A stretch of DNA of 63,625 nucleotides, filler included, from Folioceros fuciformis (taxonomy: Eukaryota): NCBI GenBank assembly GCA_049999805.1. It is 22 parts of 22 records of this genome, joined end to end, with 100 filler letters (N's around TTAATTAATTAA, not from the genome) between each part and the next. Parts side by side here need not be neighbours in the genome. Positions count along the whole stretch, not along the records: positions 49,914 to 55,954 come from JBNGIO010000775.1; positions 56,055 to 61,526 come from JBNGIO010000776.1; 20 more parts are not named here. One strand, given 5' to 3'. How positions within the stretch are numbered: position 1 is the first letter of the stretch; every line of letters starts with the position of its first letter. Below are positions 50,663 to 61,526 of this stretch, piece after piece. The translations under genes were made by a program, and so were the position numbers. The notes beneath the pieces were generated by a model, which was not told where the DNA came from, did no database searches, and was given only the letters and a program-made list of their open reading frames with translations.

Positions 50663-50779
50663 GTCCTAGTGTATCAAACCCATATGATTTTTGACGTCCT
50701 AGTGTATCAAACCCATATGATTTTTGACGTCCTTGTGTATCAAACCCATATGATTTTTGACGTCCTTGTGTATCAAACT
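50663..50779. repeat. 33-bp tandem repeat (GTCCT(A/T)GTGTATCAAACCCATATGATTTTTGAC), ~3.5 copies
   Basis: Direct inspection. Confidence 0.9.
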
Positions 50780-50791
50780 AGGTTTTGGGGG

Positions 50792-50819
50792 TTTAGGGTT
50801 TAGGGTTTAGTGTTTAGGG
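50792..50819 (+). repeat. Short interstitial plant telomere-like repeat (TTTAGGG)x4, one variant unit
   Basis: TTTAGGGTTTAGGGTTTAGTGTTTAGGG. Confidence 0.75.
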
Positions 50820-51409
50820 TCCCAAGATGGGATCAGTTTTCCACACACTAGACAGGGGTGCCCTTGGTGAAAGTTGACAAGATGATACCCATGCCTCCAG
50901 AGAGGAGTACAAAAAAGCTATAAGAAGTAAACCTCTTAGCTTGCTTCAAAACCCCACTTGCTCCAAAAACTTACGCCCTTAAACTCATAACCAAAAGTTA
51001 ATAATTCCTTAAAATTGGATAAAGAAAATAACTAACTAACTAACTAACCAGCTACATAAATTCCTATTCATCTAGACCTAAACATGCTCCAACCCCATAT
51101 CCCTCATAAATGGAGAAACACACCGCATGTGCATCCCTAATCCTAATGATAGCCTCAAACATGGTGGAGGCTCCACTCTTGCCGCACCAATGTATGCCTT
51201 GCTCCCGTCTTTCTAGGCTATGTACATATGAGCGTTGTATACTTGTATCTCTACCTATGTAGGTACAAGCAATAAATATCCTATATCTATCTACATACGT
51301 GCAGTGTGCGTATTCCACTACATTCCTTAAGCAAACACAAACACACTGATCTCAAGCCCTAACTAACTTGGCCTTGCCCCAAGCACTAACAAACTTGACC
51401 TTGGCTTTT

Positions 51410-51620
51410 GTCGTTACACACAAATACACAAACCCCAATCACTAACAAACTTGTCATTGCATTGTGTCGCTCCACCCCAACCAAACTCTTCTCGAAGAAC
51501 ACCTTCTAGAAACACTCGTTACACACAAATACACAAACCCCAATCACTAACAAACTTGTCATTGCATTGTGTCGCTGCACCCCAACCAAACTCTTCTTGA
51601 AGAGCACCTTCTAGAAACAC
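51410..51620. repeat. ~105-bp direct duplication
   Basis: TCGTTACACACAAATACAC...CTTCTAGAAACAC occurs twice. Confidence 0.85.
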
Positions 51621-52013
51621 CAAGATAATAGCCACATGATAGCATTGCAACGTAGCACCACACACCTACACTCTACGTGTCTATTGACATAAATACATCC
51701 ATCTATGTCTAACCTTATTGTAAGCTATGAATCTGTCCTAAAATAAATGGCTCTATTTGGGCTATGAATCATATAGGCACTAAAAGAGACAAGGAAAAGA
51801 AAACTAGACTCAAGGGATCATCCGCCACAGAGATTGGAGGGAAAATAATTATTATTTATAACTATGAGTACTAATAGTTATAAACATTAATGTGAATTCA
51901 TGCCACATGAACCAGAAGTGATAAATAAAACTTCTTCAATTGCTTTTGCCCCTCAATCTTTGCTAGGTTACCCTCAAATGACCCCAACTCGTTTTATTTA
52001 TATCCTCGTTTTG

Positions 52014-52015
<2 letters not shown>

Positions 52016-52050
<35 letters not shown>
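52016..52050. repeat. (TA)n microsatellite
   Basis: Direct inspection. Confidence 0.95.
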
Positions 52051-52055
<5 letters not shown>

Positions 52056-52206
52056 ACAGAAACGGGACTATGATGTGAAAGCTGTAGGACAGCCTCATAC
52101 TCTCGGATGGCGTGCTAGGCAGCAAGTTCCGTAAAGGTTGCCACGACTGTGCAGGCTTCTCGGGCGTAAGCACAACTGACGTTCCGCAGAAGCTAGCTGG
52201 TTCACA

Positions 52207-54132
52207 ATGACGTCGGAAACCACTCCCAAAATGCTCCTGTATCCTCCGAAATCAGAGTATATATCCACGTTCTGGCGAGGTGCTGGGGCCTCTCACGTAT
52301 TGTTTCCATGTTTCTGTGGGGGTGGAGGAGATGGTGCTAAGGGAGTAGCACGTTGTTTTTGTGCAGATAAGTACGAAATGGAAGCAAGTAAGAACTGGAA
52401 TCGCTTCTATCAGCGCAATGCAAATAGGGTGGGGAAATTTTCATGAGTATTGCACGTGCAGAAAAGTGTGCACCTGTTTATGTTGTTTTTTGAAGTTTCC
52501 CGTCTTTGAGTGCAGTTCTTCAAGGACAGGCATTACCTTGACAAAGAATGGGGACCCTACTTCTCAAATAAGGTATTCTGGCTTCGTTCCTTGAGCCGCA
52601 CAAGTCTTCTCGGACAAGACACGCGCGAATCTAACCTGTAAAGCACTTAGGATAAGAGTTCCACGCTTGACAGGTGTTTCGTCTTGGAGGTTAGCCTTCA
52701 TCTTTGAGCTGGGTTGGTGTATCATGCTATTTTTCTGCAAGCTGGGATGATGGCCATATTTTGCAGGTCGGGTGCGGCACTGGCAACAGTATCTATCCTC
52801 TCATATCTGAATATCCTCACCTGTTCGTGTATGCGTGTGACTTTGCTTCTACTGCAGTCGATCTCGTGAAAGTACGGTTCTTGCCTGCAGCTTTGCAAGA
52901 TAATCTTGATGTAAATCTTGGTTTAAGTTCTTGTGTGTGTTGCAGACTTGAACATTTGGTCGAGGTCAAATTTAGTTCAGGAGCACATGTTTATTCTACT
53001 AGTGTATTTGCAGTCGTGAACATTGTCTGTTGACTTCAATTGCAGGTGTTAGAAGCACACAATCTCAGAAGATAGATTTTTTGTTCAACTTCCATCACTC
53101 TGAGTTGCTTCTTGTGATTGCAGGCTCACCAAGATTATAGTGAAACTCGTGTAAATGTATTTGTGTGTGACGTCACTTCAGATGATCTCTGTAGCACAGT
53201 ACCTTTGAAGGCAATTGATGTTGTCACTCTGGTAAAGTTCGGATGTAAAGTGCTCAGGAGTGTTCAAGCTTTCTTGGGATTTGGATGGGGATGTTTCCAT
53301 CTGGTTGAGTCATGAACCTTGTCTGGTGTTCTTTTATGCGCAGATCTTTATGCTTTCAGCTGTGTCACCAGAGAAAATGCCTTCTGTCCTGAAGAACATT
53401 AAGAGCACTCTGAAGGTGCAAACACATGATGGCTATGAATTCTTTTTATGTTTTTTCCAGTTGAAGGTGACAGCCGGTGTGGTGCCTCCGTGGGATATCT
53501 GACAGCCAGGGGGTCGTGTGCTTGTGAGAGACTACGGTACTGGTGATCTTGCTCAGGTGTATTCTCTCGTCAATTTTTTGGTTTTGCCCGCTCCTGATCG
53601 ACATTGCTTCAGTCGTAGAAACTATGTTAGCTTGGGTGTCAACGTGGGTTTATGGTCCAGTTTCTTTCTACTGCAGGAGAGACTGAAGCAGAAGGATAAG
53701 AAAATCTGTGAGAATTTTTTCGCAAAAGGTGATGGCACTGTAAGTTCAAGATTGTGCAGGGCGATCACTGCAGTGCTTTGGATGTGGCATTGTGTATGGT
53801 ACCTTCGTCGTCTCTACTTTGGTTTGAACTATATTTTGGAGTGCAGCGAACATACTATTTCTCGGAGGAGTTTCTCGTAGCCCTTTTTGCAAACGAAGGC
53901 TTCAGTTGTGAGGAGATAAAGACTCACTGTCGATCAGTGGAAAATCGGGCCAGGGAGATCGTAATGCACAGGTTCGTCCTCCGACGCGTCCGAAGTTGAA
54001 TACGTGACAACATGTATTTTGACAGCTGCTTGTTCAATTATGAATAGGCGCTGGGTACAAGGAGTTTTCCGTTTGCAGAATGTTTCTGTCTCGACCCAAG
54101 AGCACTCAGCTGGCAGGTTTCAACTCTACTAA
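52207..54132 (+). CDS. METTL6: tRNA N3-methylcytidine methyltransferase (METTL6/METTL2/TRM140 family), 11 exons
   Basis: Splicing at GT-AG introns (exon 1 52207-52279, exon 2 52367-52428, exon 3 52516-52572, exon 4 52651-52689, ...) gives FWRDKYE..NWNRFY, FFKDRHYL, VLEVGCGTGN, ACDF, FVCDVT, IFMLSAV, RDYG..DLAQ, GDGT, YYFSEE, VENR, RRWVQGVF; stop TAA at 54130-54132. Confidence 0.9.
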
Positions 54133-54554
54133 AGTGCAGTCTTCATGGCGTACAAGTGCTTGTCCCTTGTAGTTCCGCTTTTAAAACCATTTACTCATAG
54201 ATCGGACCGCGTTCTTTCGCGGTGCATGAATCTGCCACGCATTCTCAGCGAGCGGGATTGTCCACAGGCAAATTGAACTCGCTCCAACTATCTTTTGCAC
54301 TCATCTACGCGAGAATTTGAGACTTGAACTACCGTTTCTCGCCCTGAATAGTGATGCAGATGCTTCGAGAATCCCCAATATTTCGATGTTCATTCAGCCA
54401 GATGCCCTGCGTAAAGGGTGAAGTGCCCAGTTGAGTTAGAGGAGATTGTTCTGACGCAGAGGTGGGGAGCAAAGGAGAAGTGCCCAGTTGCGTTAGGGGA
54501 GATTGTTGTGACGGATCACTTGCTCCCCTGGGCTGTCTAGCCGCTGCCTCCAAG

Positions 54555-54990
54555 GTGGGATAGTTTGGCGGCGGTGGCTTCGAAATAAAAATGATAGTTT
54601 GGATAGTTTCGAGGTGGTGGCGTAATAAAAATGATAGTTTGGATAGTTTGGAGGTGGTGGCTTTGAAGGAAAAATGATAGTTTGGAGGTAATCGGGCCTT
54701 CCGGAACGACGGCTAGATGGCCCATCTCATTGCCTTTGAATATGTGATGCCTCCTTCAATCAAGTCCTCCAAGATGATAGACTGAGACAGGGTCCTTCGG
54801 ATCTATGATGCCTCCTTCAATCAAGTCCCCCAAGATGATAGATTGAGGCAGGGTCCTTCGGATCTATGATGCCTCCTTCAATCAAGTCTTGTACGATAAT
54901 AGACCGAGGCATGGTCCTCCTTCGGTCTTGTGCCTCCTTCAATCAAGTCTTATACGATAATAGACCGAGGCAGGGTCCTCCTTCGGTCTT
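54555..54990. repeat. Adjacent degenerate tandem repeats (~40-bp GATAGTTT-rich units, then ~60-bp TGCCTCCTTCAATCAAGTC units x4)
   Basis: Direct inspection. Confidence 0.8.
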
Positions 54991-55450
54991 GTGCTTCTTT
55001 TGTGGCCATGGAGAAGAAGTTGGCACAACTCCGGTAGGGGGCAAACTAGGGGATTGAGGTCCCCTCCCCTTCCTCTTACCATGTGGGGAAGGTAGTTTGC
55101 TTACTCTGGATGGCCCTATTCTATACTTCTTGTTGTAATCCAGTTGCACCGCCAACCAGACCAACTCCATTTCTATACTTCTTGTTGTAATCCAGTTGCA
55201 CCGCCAACCGGACCAACTCCATTTGGTTGGCCTTCTCCCTGTTCATGGAAGCAACCGAAGGCCATGGCTCAGTCACCAATAAATCATCTGGTGTCGGATT
55301 GGCAGGTGGGGGAGCACTTCAGAGTGGAATTCGCTTGGCTACTGGGACATGAGCTCAAGTACTCCAACGTTTGGGAGCTAAAGCTTCCTTGGCCGCAGCA
55401 GTCGTTGCCTTCTCCTTCTTGGCCAGAGGAGGGCTAGCGGGGGGAGCTAG

Positions 55451-55844
55451 TGTGGTGGCAAAACCGTGGGCAACTGTTTGCCAAAGGATTCGACCTTTAG
55501 TATTCACACTTATCCCATTGTCGTTGAGACATTGGGTTTCGTTCCCACGAAGGAGTGATGGGGTTCCTTGCTGCTATGGATGGAGGGTCGGACTCAATCA
55601 ACTCGATGACGGATTCGTGGGCTCCTCTCCACCTCCGATAAGGCATGGGACAATCCTCGCTATCCAGCTATCAACTGCACCTCTCTCGATGCCCACAAAT
55701 TCACTCTAGCCACTACAACGACACTAACCTCTCAAGTCTGTGACTTCCCTCACTCACTTCACTCACTCCAGCACCAGCAACAACACCACTACCTTCTACA
55801 CTTCCCTCTTGACTCCCCCACTTGGCAAGAGTCACTAGACTAAC
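55451..55844 (-). mobile_element. Diverged LTR family A copy interrupted by a family E insertion at 55845
   Basis: TGTGGTGGCAAAACC...; similarity to the 10445 copy stops abruptly at ...GACTAAC|TGTGAAC. Confidence 0.8.
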
Positions 55845-55954
55845 TGTGAACCTCCAAAGTTTGGGGTAGTAGTTTGTTTTGGTTGAAAAAGGGTTAATAG
55901 TGGTATGGTTTGGTTTTCTTTTTCAACTTATTTTTCCTAATTTTCCTTGATTTT
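55845..55954. mobile_element. LTR-like terminus, family E, copy 2
   Basis: Matches 3766-3875. Confidence 0.7.
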
Positions 55955-56388
55955 NNNNNNNNNNNNNNNNNNNNNNNNNNNNNNNNNNNNNNNNNNNNTT
56001 AATTAATTAANNNNNNNNNNNNNNNNNNNNNNNNNNNNNNNNNNNNNNNNNNNNCAGGTATTATATGCCTGGAATGGGCAGCTTCGGTGCAGACGACACT
56101 CCAGTCCAGCCGGCGCCTTGCTGCCTATGATCTCGCTACACTACACTACACTACACTACACTATCTTCTTCTCTTACCATTTTATTTTAACAAGGTTTGC
56201 GTATGTCTGTACATGCCATATCCTGAGCACAGGCAATTAGAATTTCGCAGCACGGATGGCGTTGCCTATCATAGGACACTCCTCCAATCCAAACAGACCC
56301 AAAGAGAAGACCTCTTTTTTCCTTCTTTCCCTTTCGATTCTTATGTTACATTAAACTAAATAACCATGAACTCCTCCAAACTCAACAG

Positions 56389-59300
56389 CTATGGTCGACC
56401 CTTACAACTGCAACAGCCATTTTCAAAGCGATGCACTCGGTACCCATCCCTCACAACGATGTGTCTCTGTTCCACCCTCGACATGATCTCCGTGGAACTG
56501 TGGCAGTCGCTGCACATTCGTAGGTTTTTGGTCACCACCAGAGGTGTCCCACTGGCGGTGTTCAGCAGACCGAAGGCCAAAGCTAGTTTCTCAGCATGCC
56601 CGCAAAGCACATCTTCCTTCTCCTTCTCTGACACGGGCTTCAGAACCAACTTTGTGTCAGGTACGTGGCCTCCTTCCTGCTTTAGACGAGCGTTCGTGCT
56701 CTCTACCTTCACAGCAATGTCCTCCCTCCTTTCTCCCACCAGGAACCGATGTAGCTGCTTCTTCACCTCGATGGTCGTCACTGCAGGTGTCTTGCTGGCT
56801 CCCGCTACCCTTCTCCGTGTTTCGGTCCTCTCTACATCGCTCCACCGACCTGCATCTGCGTACGCATTAGCCATGAGCACGTAGGCGGCCGCCTCCTGAG
56901 GGTCCAGCCTAACAATGCTTTCGAAACACCACCGCGCCCTCTCCACATCCCCGTGACTTTTGCAGGCATTCAGCAGCGACGTCAAGCCCACAATGTTACT
57001 CTGCGCCTCACATGACAATAGCATCTTCTCGGCCTCGTCTAACAGGCCTGCTCGCCCAAGAAGATCAATCATGCAAATGAAATGCTCCACACCAGGTTGG
57101 ATGCCATGCTCTTGAGCCATGGAGTCCAAGTGCCTGCGACCCTCGTGCACCAGTCCACCATGACTGCATGCCACTAGAAGGCAAGTGAAAGTCACGTCAT
57201 TAGGCTGAATGCCAGCACCTAACATCTCCTCAAAACAGGCTAGTGCCTCGTGAGCTTCATCACAAGTACCGTACCCGGATATCAGAGCATTCCATGTCAC
57301 CACATCCTTTCCGCTCATGCTGTCGAACACGTGGCGTGCATCTTCCATCTCCCCACATTTTGCGTACATGTCCACCAGGCAGTTTCCCACCAAAACGTCA
57401 TCCACCAGTCCACTTTTCACAATCCGGGCGTGCAGCTGCCTACCCTGTTGTAACGCACCCGTGCTTCCACAGGCCTTGAGAAGGCAGGCATAAGTAACAT
57501 GGTTAGCCAACACGAGGCCCTCTTGCTCCATTCGTCCATGGAGAAGAAGCGCCTCATCCCCAAGCCCTGACTCGGTGTACCCAGATATCAGGGCGGTCCA
57601 TGTCACCACATCCCTTGTCTTCATGCTGTCAAAAACCTGGCGGGCATCATCCACTTCACCGCATTTTGCATACATGTCCACCAGGCAGGTCCCCAACACG
57701 ATGTCACTCACGAGTCCTCGTTCCACGATCTGTGAGTGTAGGTGCCTGCCCTTCAGTAAATCACCACTGCTGCCACAGGCTTTGAGAAGACAAGCAAACG
57801 TAACCTGGTCAGCCACAACAACGCCCACCTCCTCCATCACTCCATACACAAGAAGCGCCTCTGCGGCCTTGTTTACCTCTACATACCCAGATATGAGGGA
57901 ATTCCATGTCACCACATCCTTTGAGGCTAAACTGTCGAAAAGCTGGCGTGCATCTTGCACTTCACCACATTTGGAATACATATCCACCAGACAGTTGCCC
58001 ACCATCACGTCATCCAGCAGTCCTCTTTCCACTATCTGCAGGTGCAGCTGCCTGCCCTTATGTAAGGCACCGGTGCTTGCACAGGCCTTGAGAAGGCAGG
58101 CAAAAGTAACGCGGTCAGCCAAAATGAGGCCCGCCTCCTCCATCTGTCCATACACAAGAAGCGCTTCATGTCCAAGCCCTTGTTGTGCATACCCGGCCAT
58201 CAGCACCGTCCATGTCACCACATCCTTCGTTGACATGCTCTCAAAAACCTGGCGGGCATCTTTCACATGGCCACATTTCGCATACATGTCCACTAGGCAG
58301 TTACCAACGAACAAGTTGATAGGAATGCCACTGTGCAAGACATCACAGTGCACCTTTCTGCCGGATTGCAAGTCTTGTGCAAGTGCACAAGCCTGAAGGG
58401 CAGCTACGAAGACGTGAGCATCCGCCTTGGTTCCTGACCTACACATGTCATGGTACAGTCGTAGGGCCACATTGGGTTTCCCATGCTTGGCGTATGCGGA
58501 GATGATGGAAAACCACATGAACACGTTTGGTTTGGGCACCCTGGTGAACACGTCCATGGCCTCCTGCAGCCTACCGGCACATGCATACATGCGCAAGATA
58601 TGGTTACCCAAGTAGGCGTTGGACTGGTATCCGAGGTTGACGGCCAGGTCATGAACTCGTCGTCCTACAACCACATCCTTTTTAGCTGCACACAGTTTTA
58701 GCACAGTATAAAAAAGAGAATGAGAGACAGCAGAATCTGTGTGCGCCAGAAATTCGAGGGCATCGACGGCCTCAGACAGCTTCCCCCGCCGACACAGCAT
58801 GTTCACGGTTCCAGGCGTCACAACGCCCATTTCCGATCTTGCACCCTTCCTAGCCTCTTTCTTATGGGTGGAGGTGGACTTGGAAAGAGAGGCACCGTGA
58901 TCCATCTGCACATCCAAGGAACCTAGCTGGTGATAAACCCAAGCTGGCTTCAAGATATCGTTCAACCACAGGACCTCGCCGGAGCCTTTACGCCGGAAGT
59001 GAGGCACATGGGAACTCTTCTTGGCCCGTCTGTTGTCCCACCACATGGTAGGCTCCTGGAAAAATTGTTGCCACAAGTGCTGATGCTGCTGCTCCTCCTG
59101 GGGACGACCATCGCTGGAAACGCGGTCCCCAGCCACACAATCTTGCGGATGCGGAATCGCCGAGCTCCTTAGACTGCTGCCGCACCTGGAGGGCATTTCC
59201 GATTCTGCACGCACCCCGTATTCAGGACAGCTCCTGCCCTGACCCAGCTGCATATCCAAGGAAACGAGCTGGGCATCAACCCAAGCTGGCTTGGACATGC

Positions 59301-59679
59301 CGGTTAACCACAGGACCTCGCCGGACCCCTTGTGCCGGAAGTGAGGCGAACGGGAGCTCTTGTGATCTCGTCTGTTGTCCCACCACACGGTAGGGTCTAG
59401 GAAGAATTGTTGCCACAAGTACTCCTGCTCCTGGACAACAGCGTGGCTGCAAACCCCGTCTCCCCCTACACATTCTCTCGTAAGGCGCAGTCCTCGGCTC
59501 CTTCCGCTGCTGAACCCGGGGGATCGGTTGTTTGCCAGAGCTTGATTCCCTGAGGTGGTGATGTGAGCGGGAAGCCGTAGCAGAATCCCAGTCCCTGTGT
59601 TTGTAGACACGCGGATTGCGAGTGGTTGGCTCCATGGAGAGTCCGGGTCCGCCGGCAACGGCCACACTCCGGTGGCCAT
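56389..59679 (-). CDS. Intronless PLS-class PPR protein: 2x OSB-type PDF-like motif, ~17 PLS repeats, E1, E2, DYW:KP domain ending GRP (candidate organellar U-to-C RNA editing factor)
   Basis: 1096-aa ORF; L-S-P triplets; KTPAVTTIEV box in place of the PG box; HAEKLA; CSDCH; C-terminus SCKGRP; two W..FF..P..WWDNR..K..R/H.PHFR.KGSGEVLWL motifs. Confidence 0.95.
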   Translation of the reverse strand: MATGVWPLPADPDSPWSQPLAIRVSTNTGTGILLRLPAHITTSGNQALANNRSPGFSSGRSRGLRLTRECVGGDGVCSHAVVQEQEYLWQQFFLDPTVWWDNRRDHKSSRSPHFRHKGSGEVLWLTGMSKPAWVDAQLVSLDMQLGQGRSCPEYGVRAESEMPSRCGSSLRSSAIPHPQDCVAGDRVSSDGRPQEEQQHQHLWQQFFQEPTMWWDNRRAKKSSHVPHFRRKGSGEVLWLNDILKPAWVYHQLGSLDVQMDHGASLSKSTSTHKKEARKGARSEMGVVTPGTVNMLCRRGKLSEAVDALEFLAHTDSAVSHSLFYTVLKLCAAKKDVVVGRRVHDLAVNLGYQSNAYLGNHILRMYACAGRLQEAMDVFTRVPKPNVFMWFSIISAYAKHGKPNVALRLYHDMCRSGTKADAHVFVAALQACALAQDLQSGRKVHCDVLHSGIPINLFVGNCLVDMYAKCGHVKDARQVFESMSTKDVVTWTVLMAGYAQQGLGHEALLVYGQMEEAGLILADRVTFACLLKACASTGALHKGRQLHLQIVERGLLDDVMVGNCLVDMYSKCGEVQDARQLFDSLASKDVVTWNSLISGYVEVNKAAEALLVYGVMEEVGVVVADQVTFACLLKACGSSGDLLKGRHLHSQIVERGLVSDIVLGTCLVDMYAKCGEVDDARQVFDSMKTRDVVTWTALISGYTESGLGDEALLLHGRMEQEGLVLANHVTYACLLKACGSTGALQQGRQLHARIVKSGLVDDVLVGNCLVDMYAKCGEMEDARHVFDSMSGKDVVTWNALISGYGTCDEAHEALACFEEMLGAGIQPNDVTFTCLLVACSHGGLVHEGRRHLDSMAQEHGIQPGVEHFICMIDLLGRAGLLDEAEKMLLSCEAQSNIVGLTSLLNACKSHGDVERARWCFESIVRLDPQEAAAYVLMANAYADAGRWSDVERTETRRRVAGASKTPAVTTIEVKKQLHRFLVGERREDIAVKVESTNARLKQEGGHVPDTKLVLKPVSEKEKEDVLCGHAEKLALAFGLLNTASGTPLVVTKNLRMCSDCHSSTEIMSRVEQRHIVVRDGYRVHRFENGCCSCKGRP

Positions 59680-59939
59680 ACTTGTCCAGCGAACATATGT
59701 AGTTTAGCTAGTTGTTGTTGTTCAGGGAGCGGAGTCAAAGTCGTTCATGGACGGACGGTGTGTGATGGATACGTTGTAGTGGCAGGATGATGACCATGTG
59801 TCTATTTACTGTCATGTCACAACGCGGTCTGTGGCTCACTCGGAGTTATTAGTCCTGAAGGAACAACAACACCATCTTCTCCCTCCTCTAATCGTGTTCG
59901 TGTAGGGGAGGGGACTTTCATGGCTATCCACCACCAGGA

Positions 59940-61526
59940 CCCCCTTAAGCACCACTGCTGCCACAGGCTTTGAGAAGGCGCTTAAGCAAACGTAACCTTG
60001 TCAGCCAAAACAACGCCCACCTCCTCCATCACTCCATACACAAGAAGCGCCTCTGCGGCGTTATTTTCCTGCGCATACCCAGATATGAGGGAATTCCATG
60101 TCACCACGTCCTTCGAGGCTTCGAGGCCAACGTATCAAAAAGCTGGCGTGCATCTTGCAGTTCACCACATTTGACATACATGTCCACCAGGCACGTGCCC
60201 AGGATTACATCATCCAGCAGTCCTTTATCCACCATCTGCGAGTGCAATTGCATGCCCTTCTGTAAGGCACCAGTGCTTCCACAGGCCTTGAGAAGGCAAG
60301 CAAAAGTAACTCGATCAGCCAACATGAGGTCCGCCTCCTCCATTTGTGCATACACAAGAAGCGCCTCTTGGCCAAATCCTTGGCGTGCATACCCAGCAGT
60401 CAGGGCATTCCATGTGACCACATCCTTCGTGGCCATGCTGTCAAAAACCTGGCGTGCCTCTTTCACTTCACCACATTTAGCATACATGTCCACGAGGCAG
60501 TTGCCAACAAACAACTTAGTAGGAATACCACTGTGGAGCACATCGCAGTGCACTCTCCTGCCAGATTTCAAGTCAGCGGCGAGTGCACAGGCTTGAAGGG
60601 AAGCTACGAAGACGTGGGCATCCACCTTCACATCTCACCTACGCATCTCATGGTAAAGTTGTATGGCTTGGTGAGGTTTCCCGAGCTTAGCATGTGCAGA
60701 AATTATGGAAAACCACATGAAGACGTTTGGTTAGGCAACCCTGGTGAGCACTCCGGCAGCCTCCTGCAGCCTCCCTTCACATGCAAGCACGCGCAAGATA
60801 TGGTTCCCCAAGAATGAGCTGGAATCGTACTCAAGTTTGGCAATGAGACGATGAAGTCGACGGCCTACAACCAAATCCTTGTTAGCTGTACACAGTTTTA
60901 GCAGAGTGTACAAGAGAGTACGAAATGGCACACTCCTTCTGCGCAAGGCTCTCCAGCGCTCCAACGGCCTAAGAAAGCTTCCCCTGCGAACATAACTAAC
61001 GTCCTCACGGTGACAGCAGTAACGACGGTGAGTTGCGATAGCCCACGCCTGCCAGGTTTAGGCTTGTACGGAGAGCTGGACTGGAACGGAGAGGCAGCAT
61101 GGTCCAAGGAGACCAGCTGCTGCTCCTAAACCCGAGGTGGCTTACGCATGTTGTTCAGGCACAGCGGCTGGGCGGACCCGTTACGACGGAAGTCAGGCAC
61201 ACGGGAGCGCTTCTTCTCTGGTATGCTATCCCACCTCATGGTGGCCTCCAGAAGAAATGGTTGCCATATGTGTGCCTGCCCCACGCAACGCGCGTCGCTG
61301 GGAGACCCATGCCCATCCACAAACTTCGCGGGAATTGGAAGTATTGGGCTCCTTACGATGGCTTTGCTTGCCAGGGGTGGACTCCGACTCCCGAGGCTGA
61401 GGGTTCACGGGCTCCCGAACCCTTCACGGGCTTGCATTGAGGGCCTCGGGAATCCGGGCCTCCGGGGATTCAGGGGCTCGGCTGGTCTGGGGCCTTGGGA
61501 ACTTGCTCGTATGTTGAAGTGAGGAG
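59940..61526 (-). pseudogene. Tandem truncated, frameshifted paralog of the PDF-PLS-GRP gene
   Basis: Same PPR repeats (DAHVFVASLQACALA, DVVTWNAL, DRVTFACLLKACGSTG) and one degenerate PDF motif (RSRVPDFRRNGS); frameshifts; no E or DYW domain. Confidence 0.88.

Noticed and set aside
56366-60817. Plus-strand ORFs (e.g. 57575-58396, 59970-60596)
   Set aside because: Antisense shadows of the PPR coding sequence
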